Source: Antedon mediterranea (lineage: Eukaryota; Animalia; Echinodermata). Taken from it: a stretch of 64,000 bases of DNA. Location of the stretch: positions 9,114,001 through 9,178,000 of the forward strand of contig NC_092680.1 of assembly GCF_964355755.1 (NCBI RefSeq), written 5' to 3'. Under the pieces are notes generated by a model, which saw only the letters and a list, made by a program, of their open reading frames with translations, was not told the origin of the DNA and did no database searches. Made by a program: the position numbers and the translations under genes. Below are positions 13,701 through 26,100 of the stretch, one piece after another. Every line of letters starts with the position of its first letter. Position 1 is the first letter of the stretch.

Positions 13701-16700
13701 TTTACCTGTCTGGTGGCGGCGTTGAATAATAAAACATATTTATACAAGATTACATACATATACATTTAAGACAAACAAGCTGGCGATCGTGGTTAATGAC
13801 TGAAAGTAATGCACACTCTTGATTGAGACAGTAAAAATGGAAAATGTTAATGAATTTTGTCTCGATATTCTAGAATTGTAGGCCTATAACTGATGAGTCT
13901 GCTAATCAAATGTCTGTTGATCAAATTATGAAAATGATAAAATAGGTCAAAACTTCCGGTTATCTCTTTTTATTAAGGAGTTATAATCGTGTTGAAACTA
14001 TTCGATGGATCGTCTGCATCTGTATCTGAAATTGATGTACAATCATGCAATTACTTAATTGTTTTACAATGTATATGTAATCATGGATGATTCCACCGAA
14101 CTTATGTAATGTAATTACAAAAGACGAAATGGCCCCAGAAGTAATCTTCTTTAAAAAATAACTATAACTATACTTTGTCATAAAAAAAGAAGTTCTGAAT
14201 ACTAGGGGCCTAATCATAACGAAATGAAAACGTATGTAGTACTAGGGTTGCTTGTTCAAATGATGATCTTACAAACTGGAGAAAAACAACATGTTTCGCT
14301 GTTATATAGCAATGGCCATGGTTGTCAAATTGTAAATAGGTAAATCATTAATATCTTAATTTTTTGTCCTTTTACAATATTTTGATTCAGGTTTTATAGT
14401 CAACAGAACTATAACTGCGGTAATCTATAACTATAACTGCGGTAATCTCCTCAGAACTTGAAAGGAGGTTCTAAAGTGTACCGCATTATAACTCATTATA
14501 AGTAAGCATGTAATAATCGGCTATAATAATATTTGTAAAATAATTAGTTCAACTTATTCAAGGTGTGTTATACATTTTCGACTATTGGCGTTATAAATGA
14601 TCTGAAATTGGCCGAGTCCTAGAAAACTTTTCCCTCGTTGGATGCTGTCCATTAGGAGTAATTATCTGTTAAATTGTATTAATTGTGTAAAAATGTAGGT
14701 ATGTGTTGATTTATTGACTAATTTAGTTTTCCTTTCATGAGACTTCGCTATATTATAAGTGATAATTTATATTTGCGTGGTCGTCCCAAGTACAATTAAC
14801 ACAACCCACAAATTGGATTGTGATTTCTTTTGGTGGTCTGTTCGTTTCCGGCGATGTTTTAAGTGTGTGACCATTCCAATGACCCGGTGCTGTTTTAGGG
14901 CTTACTTTTCTTAATAGAACTTGATATATTTTAGTACCTAGAGACTTTGGCCAATTTGACGGTATATTTTCTTTTACTCTTGTCTATATCTTTGGAATGT
15001 TTCACTATCCATTGAGGATAAAGTTCAAGGTCAGGTGGGCCCCCTCGAAACCTTTTTATCGGGAATCCAGAATTGGCAAAAATCCCAGTTTAATCAGCGC
15101 ATCTCGCCGTGTAGCATCTCTGGCGACGAGCCAAAATGTCCGTTCATTGACCAGTTGATGTTGTCTCGGACCGTCAGAGATCAACTAGAACACTGACCAA
15201 AAGGTAATTATTATGGGTTTAACATACAATGGCAACAGACATTTTGTCACAAATGTACTGTATTATTATTTGTTTGAATTCAATACAACTTAATAATATG
15301 ACCGTGAATATCGTAAACATTGTATATTTGAAAACATAAAAATCTAACGTTAGTCACCTGATAATAAGTTAGGGGTGGCATGGAATAGGGGTTAGTGGTG
15401 ATAAGTTTAGTTTAATATACGAATAGACGGTGTTTGAGCATCTCATGCGCGCGTCCTAGAAAAATATAGGGCCTATGTCCAAACTATTCACAATTTTTCG
15501 TTTCTCTTTAATAATAATTTCGTTTGCATTTGTAGCAAACTGCGTGTGATTTCATTACAATGAGCTATTGCGTACGGATCGTGATTAATAATTGTTATTT
15601 TGTAAATTATAAACCACAGTCATAATGTAAAAAATACACAATATAATCACGCTTCCGATGTTTATTATCAAAATTTATCATGTTATTTAAAAATACTAAA
15701 TTATTTAAAAAAGATCAAATCAAAACGACGTTGTGGTAAACGCAGACTAGACAACAAGCCATGATATCTTCTATTATATTGGCCTACCATTAATTATATA
15801 ATCTATACTACTAGGCCTATAGTATTTATTTACCGGATCATGGGGGGGTTAAACATTTTACACAGATAGTTCAATGACCTTTATTGACTGAATCGGTGTG
15901 GATGAGTCGGCTACTAAATTATCCCGCCCAATTAAACAGTCTGTCATCAGTGTTTATTTCTATTTCAAAGATATAGAAACTTTTTTGTTGGTGACTTACC
16001 GTTGTAGGTATAGTTCAAATCGTGGGGTTACGCACAATCATGCATCGGTACATACTCATCATGACAGAGTAAAATGGCTTGAAATGGAACTATGGAACCC
16101 CTCCTTTGGGACACCCCTATATACATGATTAGATACACCTACTATTCAGGGAAACCCATGGAGATCATTTCCCGTGAAACGATCGACAGACAATATTATG
16201 TTTTCAGACGGTCACTGACCTTGAGAATGATTCTCAAAAAAGATCCACCCCACCCCCCTCAGAAATGAGTACTGGTATTCAGACTCGTTTGTGTGGGAGG
16301 AGTGGTTGTACCATGCAGTGGAGTCTAGCCCAAACGCCTAGTAAATGGAGATGGGAACTACGGCCGTTAGAGAAGCTTCGACATGGGGACCTTTCGCTGG
16401 TTCTCAAAAGTTTCACCTGAATAGCGTTTCTACTGTATATAGAATATATATTGCTTTTTTAGAAAATTCAAACTAAAATTGTAAGAACTAAAGAAGAAAT
16501 ATAAATATTTTAAAAAAAATCCGCGAACAAAAATGACCAACCTGAAAGCGTGCATGCACAGTAACTGCGTTGCGCGCATGAACCAAATAAAAAAAGAATA
16601 ATAAGCGAGAAAAGGGGAAAATAGCACTGTATGGTAAAAATTGAAAAATCATGTCTATATACACTTTTTATTTCGTAATAAATTGTTTTAAATAAAGAGT

Positions 16701-16879
16701 GTGGGTGGTTTTTTTGTTTGTAAAAAGTTCTAAGAAAAAATCGATATTAGATTATAACTAATGTTTACTGAGAATTTTCGTCGGTGATCTCCGGCGTTTA
16801 ATTCATAAATCGTAAAAAGTCAATAAAAGAGAAATGAGTAACAATAATTATGAATGAAACAATTTCGTGGTGTTTGTGG

Positions 16880-16990
16880 TTCTAACCAATCAGTAAAGAC
16901 CAATGCTACAGATACTCCGCCCTTTAACACCCGATTGGTTGAACAGTAACTATCTATTCACAATAAATACACGTTTGTACTACAACCTCG
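16880..16990 (+). promoter_or_regulatory. Candidate proximal follistatin promoter (CCAAT/GC boxes)
   Basis: CCAAT at about 16886 and 16900, CCGCCC at about 16917, reverse CCAAT (ATTGG) at about 16935, and AT-rich AATAAATA at about 16962, all 170-270 nt before the ATG at 17159. Confidence 0.5.
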
Positions 16991-17158
16991 AAATTGTAAA
17001 CAGTAGAAACACAACTGAACCAACCAAACCTAGACGACAAGCTTGGTGTTGATACCCGCCAGATATTTATATTTTTTCACGTTTAGAGGATTGTCATCTA
17101 TTTTCATACTCAGTTGTACGTTCTAGTCAAGTTAAATAAATATTAGCTATTTTCAACG

Positions 17159-20100
17159 ATGAATTTGCTGAAGCATTCGATTATGTTAGCAATGTTTTTA
17201 TACAACATGATCACGACTTCATCAGGTAAGGTTTCAACATTAATGACATTATTTCCATTCTATTTGCATGATTTTGTTTTCTATATACAACATTACAATT
17301 CAATTGTATGTATTTCCATTACTTAGTATTCACCATTTAACGAGGGCGCCATTTCTGAATAGTAATAATACGGCGTACAAACAGTACCATTTTGTTCCCA
17401 CACTAGGACGAAACGCATAGGATTTAATAATAATAATATCCTGAATTGATATAGCGCCTAATGTTGTGAAACCTCTAAGCTCTAACATTATTACCCCAGT
17501 CATTTTTTGGATCATACACGCATGGAAACATACTCCCATAATGCAGCTATAGTAACCAGCGCAAAATTGTGTCTTGATCTAACCGGGTACCCATTATACA
17601 CCTGGGTGGGGAGAGGCAAACGTAAAGCTTGGTTCCCACTAGAGACGCAACGCAAATACGTAGACGCAACGCAAGCGAGTTGATCAATGACAAGCGAGAC
17701 CTCATACACGTATGGAAACTTACTCCCATAATGCAACTAGAGTAACCAGCGCAAAGTTGTGTCTTGATCTAACCGGGTACCCATTATACACCTGGGTGGA
17801 GAGAGGCAAACGTAAAGCTTGGTTCTCACTAGAGACGCAACGCAAATACGTAGACGTAACGCAAGCGAGTTGATCAATGACAAGCGAGACTTCATCACTT
17901 GTGATTGGTCAAATCACTAATGCTTGGTTCCCACTAGCGGCGTAACGCAACCTACGCCACGTTAAGAAAATTCCCTTCAAATAGTTGTGTTTGCCCCCGC
18001 CTCCGTGAAATCAAACCTGCGATTTTTGCAGCACTGTTGCGTCGTAGGTTCCCACTTGTGATTACGCAATACAGCACTAACCGTCGCTGCGTTGCGTTCT
18101 AGTGGGAACCACGCTTTACGTTCCGTTACGTCCTTCGGTTGCGTCTCTAGTAAAGCTTGGTTCCCACTAGATACGCAGCGTAAGGCAATCTACGCAACGT
18201 ACGAAAATGCCCTTTCAATTGTGTGCCCTCGCCTGAGTGAAATCAAACCTGCGATGTTTGCAACACTATTGCGTCGTCGGTTCCCACTTGTGAGTACGCA
18301 ATACAGCACTTTGCGTCAATACGACGTTGCGTTCTAGTGGGAACCACGCTTTAGTAAAGTATCTTGCCTACGGATACGGCGAGAGTTGGTTTCGAACCAC
18401 GATATCACGATCAGTAGTAGGCTACAACGTCCAACACACTGCGCCACACGATGAATTAAGGATTGGTTCAAGGATTAATCTGTAAAGGGTACGCTATTGT
18501 GATTTAATGCGATATGTACTGTACTATGGACTGTATATGTACGATATGTACAATGCCTATAAATCTAAAACGTACTTACTTCTTATTCATATTTCTCTGT
18601 TTTCACTGAAATCTTGCCTCCATTCATCATCTGCGACAATAATGTGGTTGATTTGAAAAAAAAAAAATCTTTGCAGCCGGTACTCGTCTCCAAAAGGCAT
18701 AACCCAACAACCGTTGGATTTGGCCTGCTACTCTAACCGCATAGCGCCTGCATCGACCAGAGTTCGAATCTCGGTTACTACTCACGCAGATTTTCGTACT
18801 TTTATACGCGATTTTACAAAATAATTTTAAATTTTCTTGTTAGTCAATTTTTTAGTAGGTCGTATTAAAAAGCAGTAAAAATAAATTGTGTTTCATTTGT
18901 TTGTTTTTCTCCAACAGGGGGAGATTGTTATGAATTATACAAACCAGACACTAAAGGATGTTATGATCGAATCTTAACTAACATCACTAAGAAAGATTGC
19001 TGTGCATTAGAAGGGGTAGGCGGAACTAGTTTTGGGTGGACAGAGACAGACGCAACTACTGCTCATATATTTCGACTTTGGTTTGATGTCAGTGGAACTC
19101 CGGACTGTAAGCCATGTAAAGGTAAGTGAATGTCAGTCTGTAGGATAGGGTAAGTAGATAAGTTGGTAAACAAGCTCTTCAAAATGGTTCACATTATGAC
19201 AATTTAACAAATGAACTCTTAATTGCCCTTAACTACATTCAGTATGCTATCATTTTCGTTAGAACTTTCCCGAAAGTTGGGAGGGATCGTTCTGCTTTCC
19301 CTGAAGAATCCACGCTTCTTGGAATATGCGATGTAATCTTTTTTATTCGAAGCTAATAATAGAATTTTCGCTATAATTGGTTGTTGAATCTATTTGAAAT
19401 AGGTCTATTATAATATTATACTTAAAAACCCGCCGAAAAGTATGTACAGTTCATGACATTTTCATAAAAAGGTCTATAGGTCATCCTAGGCCAACTACCC
19501 TCGTTATTAATACGTATTCGATTGATGTATTACCAACGAGGGACTCTCAAAACATTTGGAACATTATTTTTTAATAGTAATAATCTGAATTATATAAGTT
19601 ATACATCTCAACGGAATTAAACATTTCTCAAATGAAAGTGTCCGAATTGTATTTCTTTTATTACCAAAACTGTAACTAAAGTCAACTAGTTTTTAGTAGA
19701 ACGTACATTTTGATGCAAACCTTAGAGAACTTATGGATGATTTAATTATGAATTTCATTCCAAGAATTTATTATGGTCATAATAAAGTGATTTTGTAGGT
19801 ATTATATTTATAGGCATATGTGGATTGATAAAAACTACAGAACAACTTTTAGATTTATTTAGAAAACATCACGAACTGCAATTGCCATTTAGCATTATTT
19901 CCCTCAAACCACTCCTCGTTCAATTTCCTTCTTAGCGAAAAAACAATATCGACCAAAACAAAGAAAGTTAAATCGACCAGTTTCATAGTGAACGAAACGG
20001 TATACTGAGCTAAAGGTCTTTCACACCTGTTCCGGTGTAAGATTTAAATGTGTCCGGTGTTTGAAAGTGTCCACTGGACAATTTTCAGCATTGAATAGTG

Positions 20101-23100
20101 TAATACCAGCTGTTGAAAATGGCTGCAACCACCCGGGCATCTTTCATCGATAAAAAAGTAGGACCATCGACATCATATTAACCCCCGTAAAAACTAGGGC
20201 ACTGGACGGTCACCAACTCCCGTTAGGGTAATTATAATTCCTTAGAATACCAACTTGAATCGCAAAATATCAAGTCGATTGAAATAAATATTACTATTAT
20301 TATATCTGGAGACATATAGTCTAATCAAATTAAATTGTTTGTTTTTGATTGAGTATATACAACCTGTTGTCAATTTGAAGTAAATCGACAACTTGAAAAA
20401 ATATATAGCCTACCGGTACTGTAGTATTATTTCTAGGGAATGAATATCACTAAATCATATAGGCATAGGGCCTACCTATTTTCGTTCTCTCGAAATATTA
20501 TTACTAATTCGCGAGAGAACGAAATAATTTCCCTCGAAATTATTTCGTTCTCTCGGTCATTCCTTGTCTCGAAGTAGTAATTCGTTTTTTATATTGTTCA
20601 GTTCTTGAAATCTTATTTTGTTCTCCCTAAATATATTTGTTCCCTCAAAATATTTTTCAGTTCTCAAAATATTATTTTGTAATATTTATAATACTGTTAC
20701 TAATTTAATAATATTAACAGTGATAACAAAGTGCTTTAAACAAGTAAGTTTGTCATTGTTAAAGTGAGTTCTTTTTCATTATATTTTTTTTCACAGATGC
20801 CTGATTTTTTGTTTTATTTAATAAAACATTGAATTGGTTAGTCACAATATTTTTTTTGTTTCTAGAGATTTTACATTATTTATTTATTTATTTATCTAAA
20901 ATACATTTGAAAAATATTGTTGATGCATATTACCAAAAATTATTTATTTTTTTTATATTTTATATGGCAAAATAAACACCTTAATTGCGCATCATAATTA
21001 TTCGTCCACTCAAGGGTATTTCGGTTTTTTGTTTTTTTCGAATAATCTCTAAAAAAAAAACGTCCACCTCTCCTAAAGGACCACTTCTCATAATTCCGTA
21101 ACGACCACCTTTCGCAAATTACCACCTCTATTGAGGTGGTCACTTACGGGAGGTGTAGTCGGTAAAAGAAGTGGTCGTCTACGAGCGGTGGTAGTTTATG
21201 AAAGCAGTCCGTTATGAGAGGTGGTTACCCCTTCAGGAGGTTGTCCATTGTGAGAAGCGGTCCTTTAACAGAGGTAGTCCCTTTTAAATATTAAAGGTGG
21301 TCGCTAACAAGGGTGGTTGCTTACGATCGCTTACGATCAGAGTGCTAAGTTTTGAAAGCCGATCACTTACGAGAGGTGGATAGACTGACGGCAAGTAGAG
21401 AAATACATTTGCACATGATTTAGACATTTACAGTAGGTTTGTAAAATATATAATATTTTATTAGCTGGCGATATTAACTACATTAGCTGTGAGGCAATTT
21501 TCGTTACTACATTACCTGTTGAGTTGTACATTAGTATAATGTTGATTTTTATTTAATAAATAAGCTGTTGGTGTTTCTACATCATTAGCTAGTTCTAGGT
21601 TTTATTATATGGGTGGATTTGACTTTTCTACACTAGCAGTTTTGAACAGGGCCTACTGTATTAGTTTAAATGGAATGCTACAAGTTGTATTTTTTTTTTA
21701 TTTATCGTTTTGTGTACTAAAGTGGCAGCATAATCAGTATTTATTTTTACCAGATGTCCAGCAAGGGTAATGTCCCAATTGGTAATTGCCACAATTGTCA
21801 GGTCAACCTCAAAACAGCGGCTCTCGGGACCGGGAGAGTTGTATGATTTGTTTTTATTATTTTTTTTTTTTGAATGCGCCTTGAGCACTCTGTGGTATGT
21901 GCGCTATAAAAATCCTGTTATTATTATTTGTTATTATTATTTCACCTTTTAGTCGTGTCTGTCTTACAGTAAAGTGATCTTTAATTGGAAGAGGACCAGT
22001 ACAATTACTTGTTTTTTATCACATGATTATAAATTATTTATTCCTCTTGTCTGTACTCATACAAAATAATAAAACGGTCGCTAAATGGAAGTGTTTAAAT
22101 TGAAGTGATCTTTAATTGGAAGAGGACCAGTACAATTACTTGTTTTTTATCACATGATTATAAACTATTTCTACTTCTTGTCTTTATTCATACAAAATAA
22201 TATAACGGTCGCTAATTGGAAGTGTCTTAAACTGAAGTGATCTTTAATTGGAAGCGGACCAGTACATTTACTTAATTTTGTCACATAATTAAACTATTAA
22301 TTATTCTTGCCTTTACTCATACCAATTAATAAAAATGGTCACTAATTAGAGGTGTCTTAAAGTAAAGTGATCTTTAATTGGAAGCGGACCAGTCAGTACA
22401 GTTACTTAATTTTGTCACATAATTAAAACTATTAATTATTATTGTCTTTACTCATACCAATTAATAAAATGGTCGCTAATTGGAGGTGTTTTAAGTAAAG
22501 TGGTCCTTTATTGAAAGAGGACCAGTACAATTACTTGTTTTTTTGTCACATAATTAATAACTATATATTCTTCTTGCTTTATTAATACTAAATAATATAA
22601 TGGTCGCTAATTGGAGGTTTCTTTAAGTAAAGTGATATCTATAACTGGAAGAGGACTAGTACAGTTACTTAATTTTGTCACTATCATAATTAAAACTATG
22701 TATTCTTCTTGTATTTACTCCTACCAATTAATAAAATGGTCGCTAATTAGAGGTGTCTTAAAGTAAAGTGACCTTTAATTGGAAGCGGACCAGTACATTT
22801 ACTTAATTTTGTCACATAATTAAACTATTAATTATTCTTGCCTTTACTCATACCAATTAATAAAAATGGTCACTAATTAGAGGTGTCTTAAAGTAAAGTG
22901 ATCTTTAATTGGAAGCGGACCAGTCAGTACAGTTACTTAATTTTGTCACATAATTAAAACTATTAATTATTATTGTCTTTACTCATACCAATTAATAAAA
23001 TGGTCGCTAATTGGAGGTGTTTTAAGTAAAGTGGTCCTTTATTGAAAGCGGTCCAGTACAATTACTTGTTTTTTGTCACATAATTAATAACTATATATTC

Positions 23101-26100
23101 TTCTTGCTTTATTAATACTAAATAATATAATGGTCGCTAATTGGAGGTGTTTTAGGTAAAGTGATTTTTAATTGGAAGAGGACCACTTCATTTACTTGTT
23201 TTTGTCACATACTTAACAATTATTTATTCTTCTTGTCTTTTCACATACCAAATAATATAATGGTCCCTAATTGGAGGTGTTTAGGCAAAGCGATCTTTAA
23301 TTAGAAAAAAAAATTTGTTTGGCATCATTAAGTATTATTGGTTATTAAAAGAAGACAAGACAAGTGCAGGCGTGATAAAAACAACCACCTATCATAAAAC
23401 GTATGATACAGTATTTAATAGTGGACGCATTTCAATCCATGGGTCAGACATTATTAAACGGGCCGGACAGCATTAAATTGTTGAAAAACGCCCACGAACC
23501 CGTTGAAACATGCAACTGGACACTATCCAATGCTGAAAAGTGTCCACCCGGACACTTTTGAATGCTGGACACAATTCAATCTTACACCGGCACGGTTCCG
23601 GTACGGCGAATCGAACGTCAATGTTTCGTTTTCACGACGCTCTACGCAACTATGCGCCAATCAATATGCACGTACGTAGCCGCGTAAAAACGAAACATTA
23701 ACGTTCGATTGGATTTGCCGTCGCCGGACCGGAACCGTGCCGGAGCAGTTGTGAAAGGCTCTTTTGTAGAACTATGATCGTCTGTTCTAAAGTTTGCTTT
23801 GCATTATGGGTATAAAACCAGTAAAAACTTTCTGTTCACTATATCGAAACGGGATTTAGTCGTTATTGGCGTCGTCCACGCTCAATAAAGTTGGAGAGGA
23901 CGATTGTTGTTAATGCCGATAATATGCCTAATGTTTTTGTTTCTAATTTGTAGTGAATTGTGACGATGTTGATTGTGGTCCTGACAAGAAGTGTAAGATG
24001 AAGAACGGCCGTCCTCGATGCGTTTGTAACTTAAACTGCAGTAAATTTGATGCCGAATATGATGGTCCAGTGTGTGGTACCGACGATAACACATACGAAC
24101 GCCCGTGCAATTTGTATCGCAGCCGTTGTCGTCTCAGGCAGTCCATTGAAATTGCATACTATGGCGTCTGTAGTACGAGTAAGTGTCAATGAACTTCTAT
24201 TCCTGTGGTGTCAAAGTGCTAAATATTCACAAATGTATTAATGAAAATTAATTTCATCCATCCAATTAAAATTAAACTTTAATTAAATGTCACAACCACG
24301 ATTATTCAAACACCAAAGGTTTCCTTCCAAATGCCAATGCCATATTTATTTTTTGTTATAATGCATTGATTTAACGACGTGGGGTTAGTATGTCACGTGA
24401 ATGCCACGCTAGACTTAATTATTTAATATCGTAATAATAATTAGTATTATTACGGAAGTCTGCCACCTGTACACATAGACGTCATCGATTAACTGTTAAT
24501 ACTTTAAACCTGCCTACCGTGTCTACTTTATCTGTATCCTAATGATGTTTTAATTTATTGTTGTTTTTCTTCCTTCAACGACATAAGCAATCACACAGTT
24601 TAGTCATTGCTAACTTAGGATACTTACCCTACTTTCTATACCAGAGTCACACAGGAAAGAGTCACTCTTCTCTAGTTAGAATGAGATGGTGATAGCCCAA
24701 CTTAAATAAATGGAAGTGTGAATAGGGATGTTGTTATAGTACACTGCTCAAAAAGCCTTCTATTTGAAGGGACAGTATTTATATACAATGCAAAACTTGA
24801 AAAAAGAAATTTTTCATTTTCAGATTCATGCGACCACGTAACCTGTCCAAATGGACGATACTGCATCCAGGACCGTAACCATCGACCCCACTGCGTAGAA
24901 TGCCGTGCAACTTGTAAGAATGCGGCTGGTGGTTTTGTATGCGGCAGCGACAACATCTCGTATGAATCTAAATGCCATCTACAGCTACACAGTTGTCGCT
25001 TTAAACAAGTTACTAAAACAGCAGACGATAGGTGCAATGGTAGGTTCAAAATATTTTTTTTAGCCGTGTTCATCGTTTTTTCTGTTTATTTTTTGGCATG
25101 TTACTGGGATTTAAATATCAAACATTATGCATACATATTTTATTTTAGATACTCTTAATACTTGTGAGTTCACCAGCTGTATGGACGGAAAGAAATGCGT
25201 AGACACGCCTGACGGGGCTGAATGCGTCACGTGTGGTTTCAGTTGTAATAATTCCGACTATAAAGGCAAAGTGTGCGGCTCAGACAACGTAACATACGTC
25301 GATAGGTGTGCGTTAATGACAGAAAGCTGCCGTTACAATCCAGATTTAGAGCTGGCATTAAATACCTCTTGCGGTAAGTCCATGTTATTTAAGGTTGGCA
25401 TCCTTTCAAAATGTTACTAATGTTACTATCCGAGTAACAATCCATATAACGTTGTTTTCATAAAGTCTGCGTTGTTCGTACTATTATTTAAACGAAGTGA
25501 CCTTCTTTTTCTCGAAAGTCCGACATTACCTCACTGAAAGAGATTCTGTTTCCAATTTTTAATCTTTTTATCTTTTAAATTTGTATATTTATGTACCGAT
25601 CCCTTAAGATACTTTTTATAAGCTTGTAAAAATATTTTTCTTGGTGCAATATTTTTTATATTTCGATGTTTTTTTAAGGGGCAACTGACTCTTTGAGTTA
25701 TAGTAATTGTTTTGCTTTGGTTGCCCCTGACCATTGTGCTCTGTTTCTGTTCTGTATCTGTGTTTTGGTCAAATAAATAAATGAAATGAAACAATTGTTT
25801 TAAATCTTATCAATAATTTATTTATAATTATTATTGATTGTAGATGGTGGACGTGGTGACTCTATCCCACCGTTCCTGCTGCCGTTCAGCAGCAATGAAG
25901 CAACCACTTACCAAAGTAATGTTGAATACGAAGTCGAAGAAGAAGACGAAAGAGAACAACAAATTACCACAAGTTACGAAGACAATACGTTTAACCAGTT
26001 TATACGGCAAGCCTTATCTCGAAACAATCACAATGGTAACAGGAGGCGGATAAACCAAACTAAAAAACACAACCAATCAGCAAAATCCGGTAACGGTAAT

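Larger units (their letters stand above)
17424..18450 (-). mobile_element. tRNA-derived SINE with CORE-like central domain and (ATT)n tail, interrupted by MITEs
   Basis: On -: A box TGGCGCAGTG and B box GGTTCGAAACC (18450-18385), then ggcaagatacttta...gcctctctccacccaggtgtataatgggtacc, then tail gcgctatatcaattcaggatattattattatt (about 17460-17424). Confidence 0.65.
20014..23760. mobile_element. Inverted-repeat pair (about 100 bp) bracketing 3.7 kb of follistatin intron 2
   Basis: 20015-20100 (ggtctttcacacctgttccggtgtaagat...agcattgaatagtg) is the reverse complement of about 23520-23760 once the 23591-23739 insert is removed. Confidence 0.5.

Noticed and set aside
538-16627. Short ORFs of 60-109 aa in the first 16 kb
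   Set aside because: No recognisable domains or coherent splice structure; the composition reflects AT-rich non-coding DNA.
17330-18337. Overlapping ORFs in follistatin intron 1
   Set aside because: They lie within SINE/MITE repeats and show no transposase or RT motifs.
18670-18790. B-box-like GAGTTCGAATC near 18760
   Set aside because: No cloverleaf could be folded; probably a decayed SINE.
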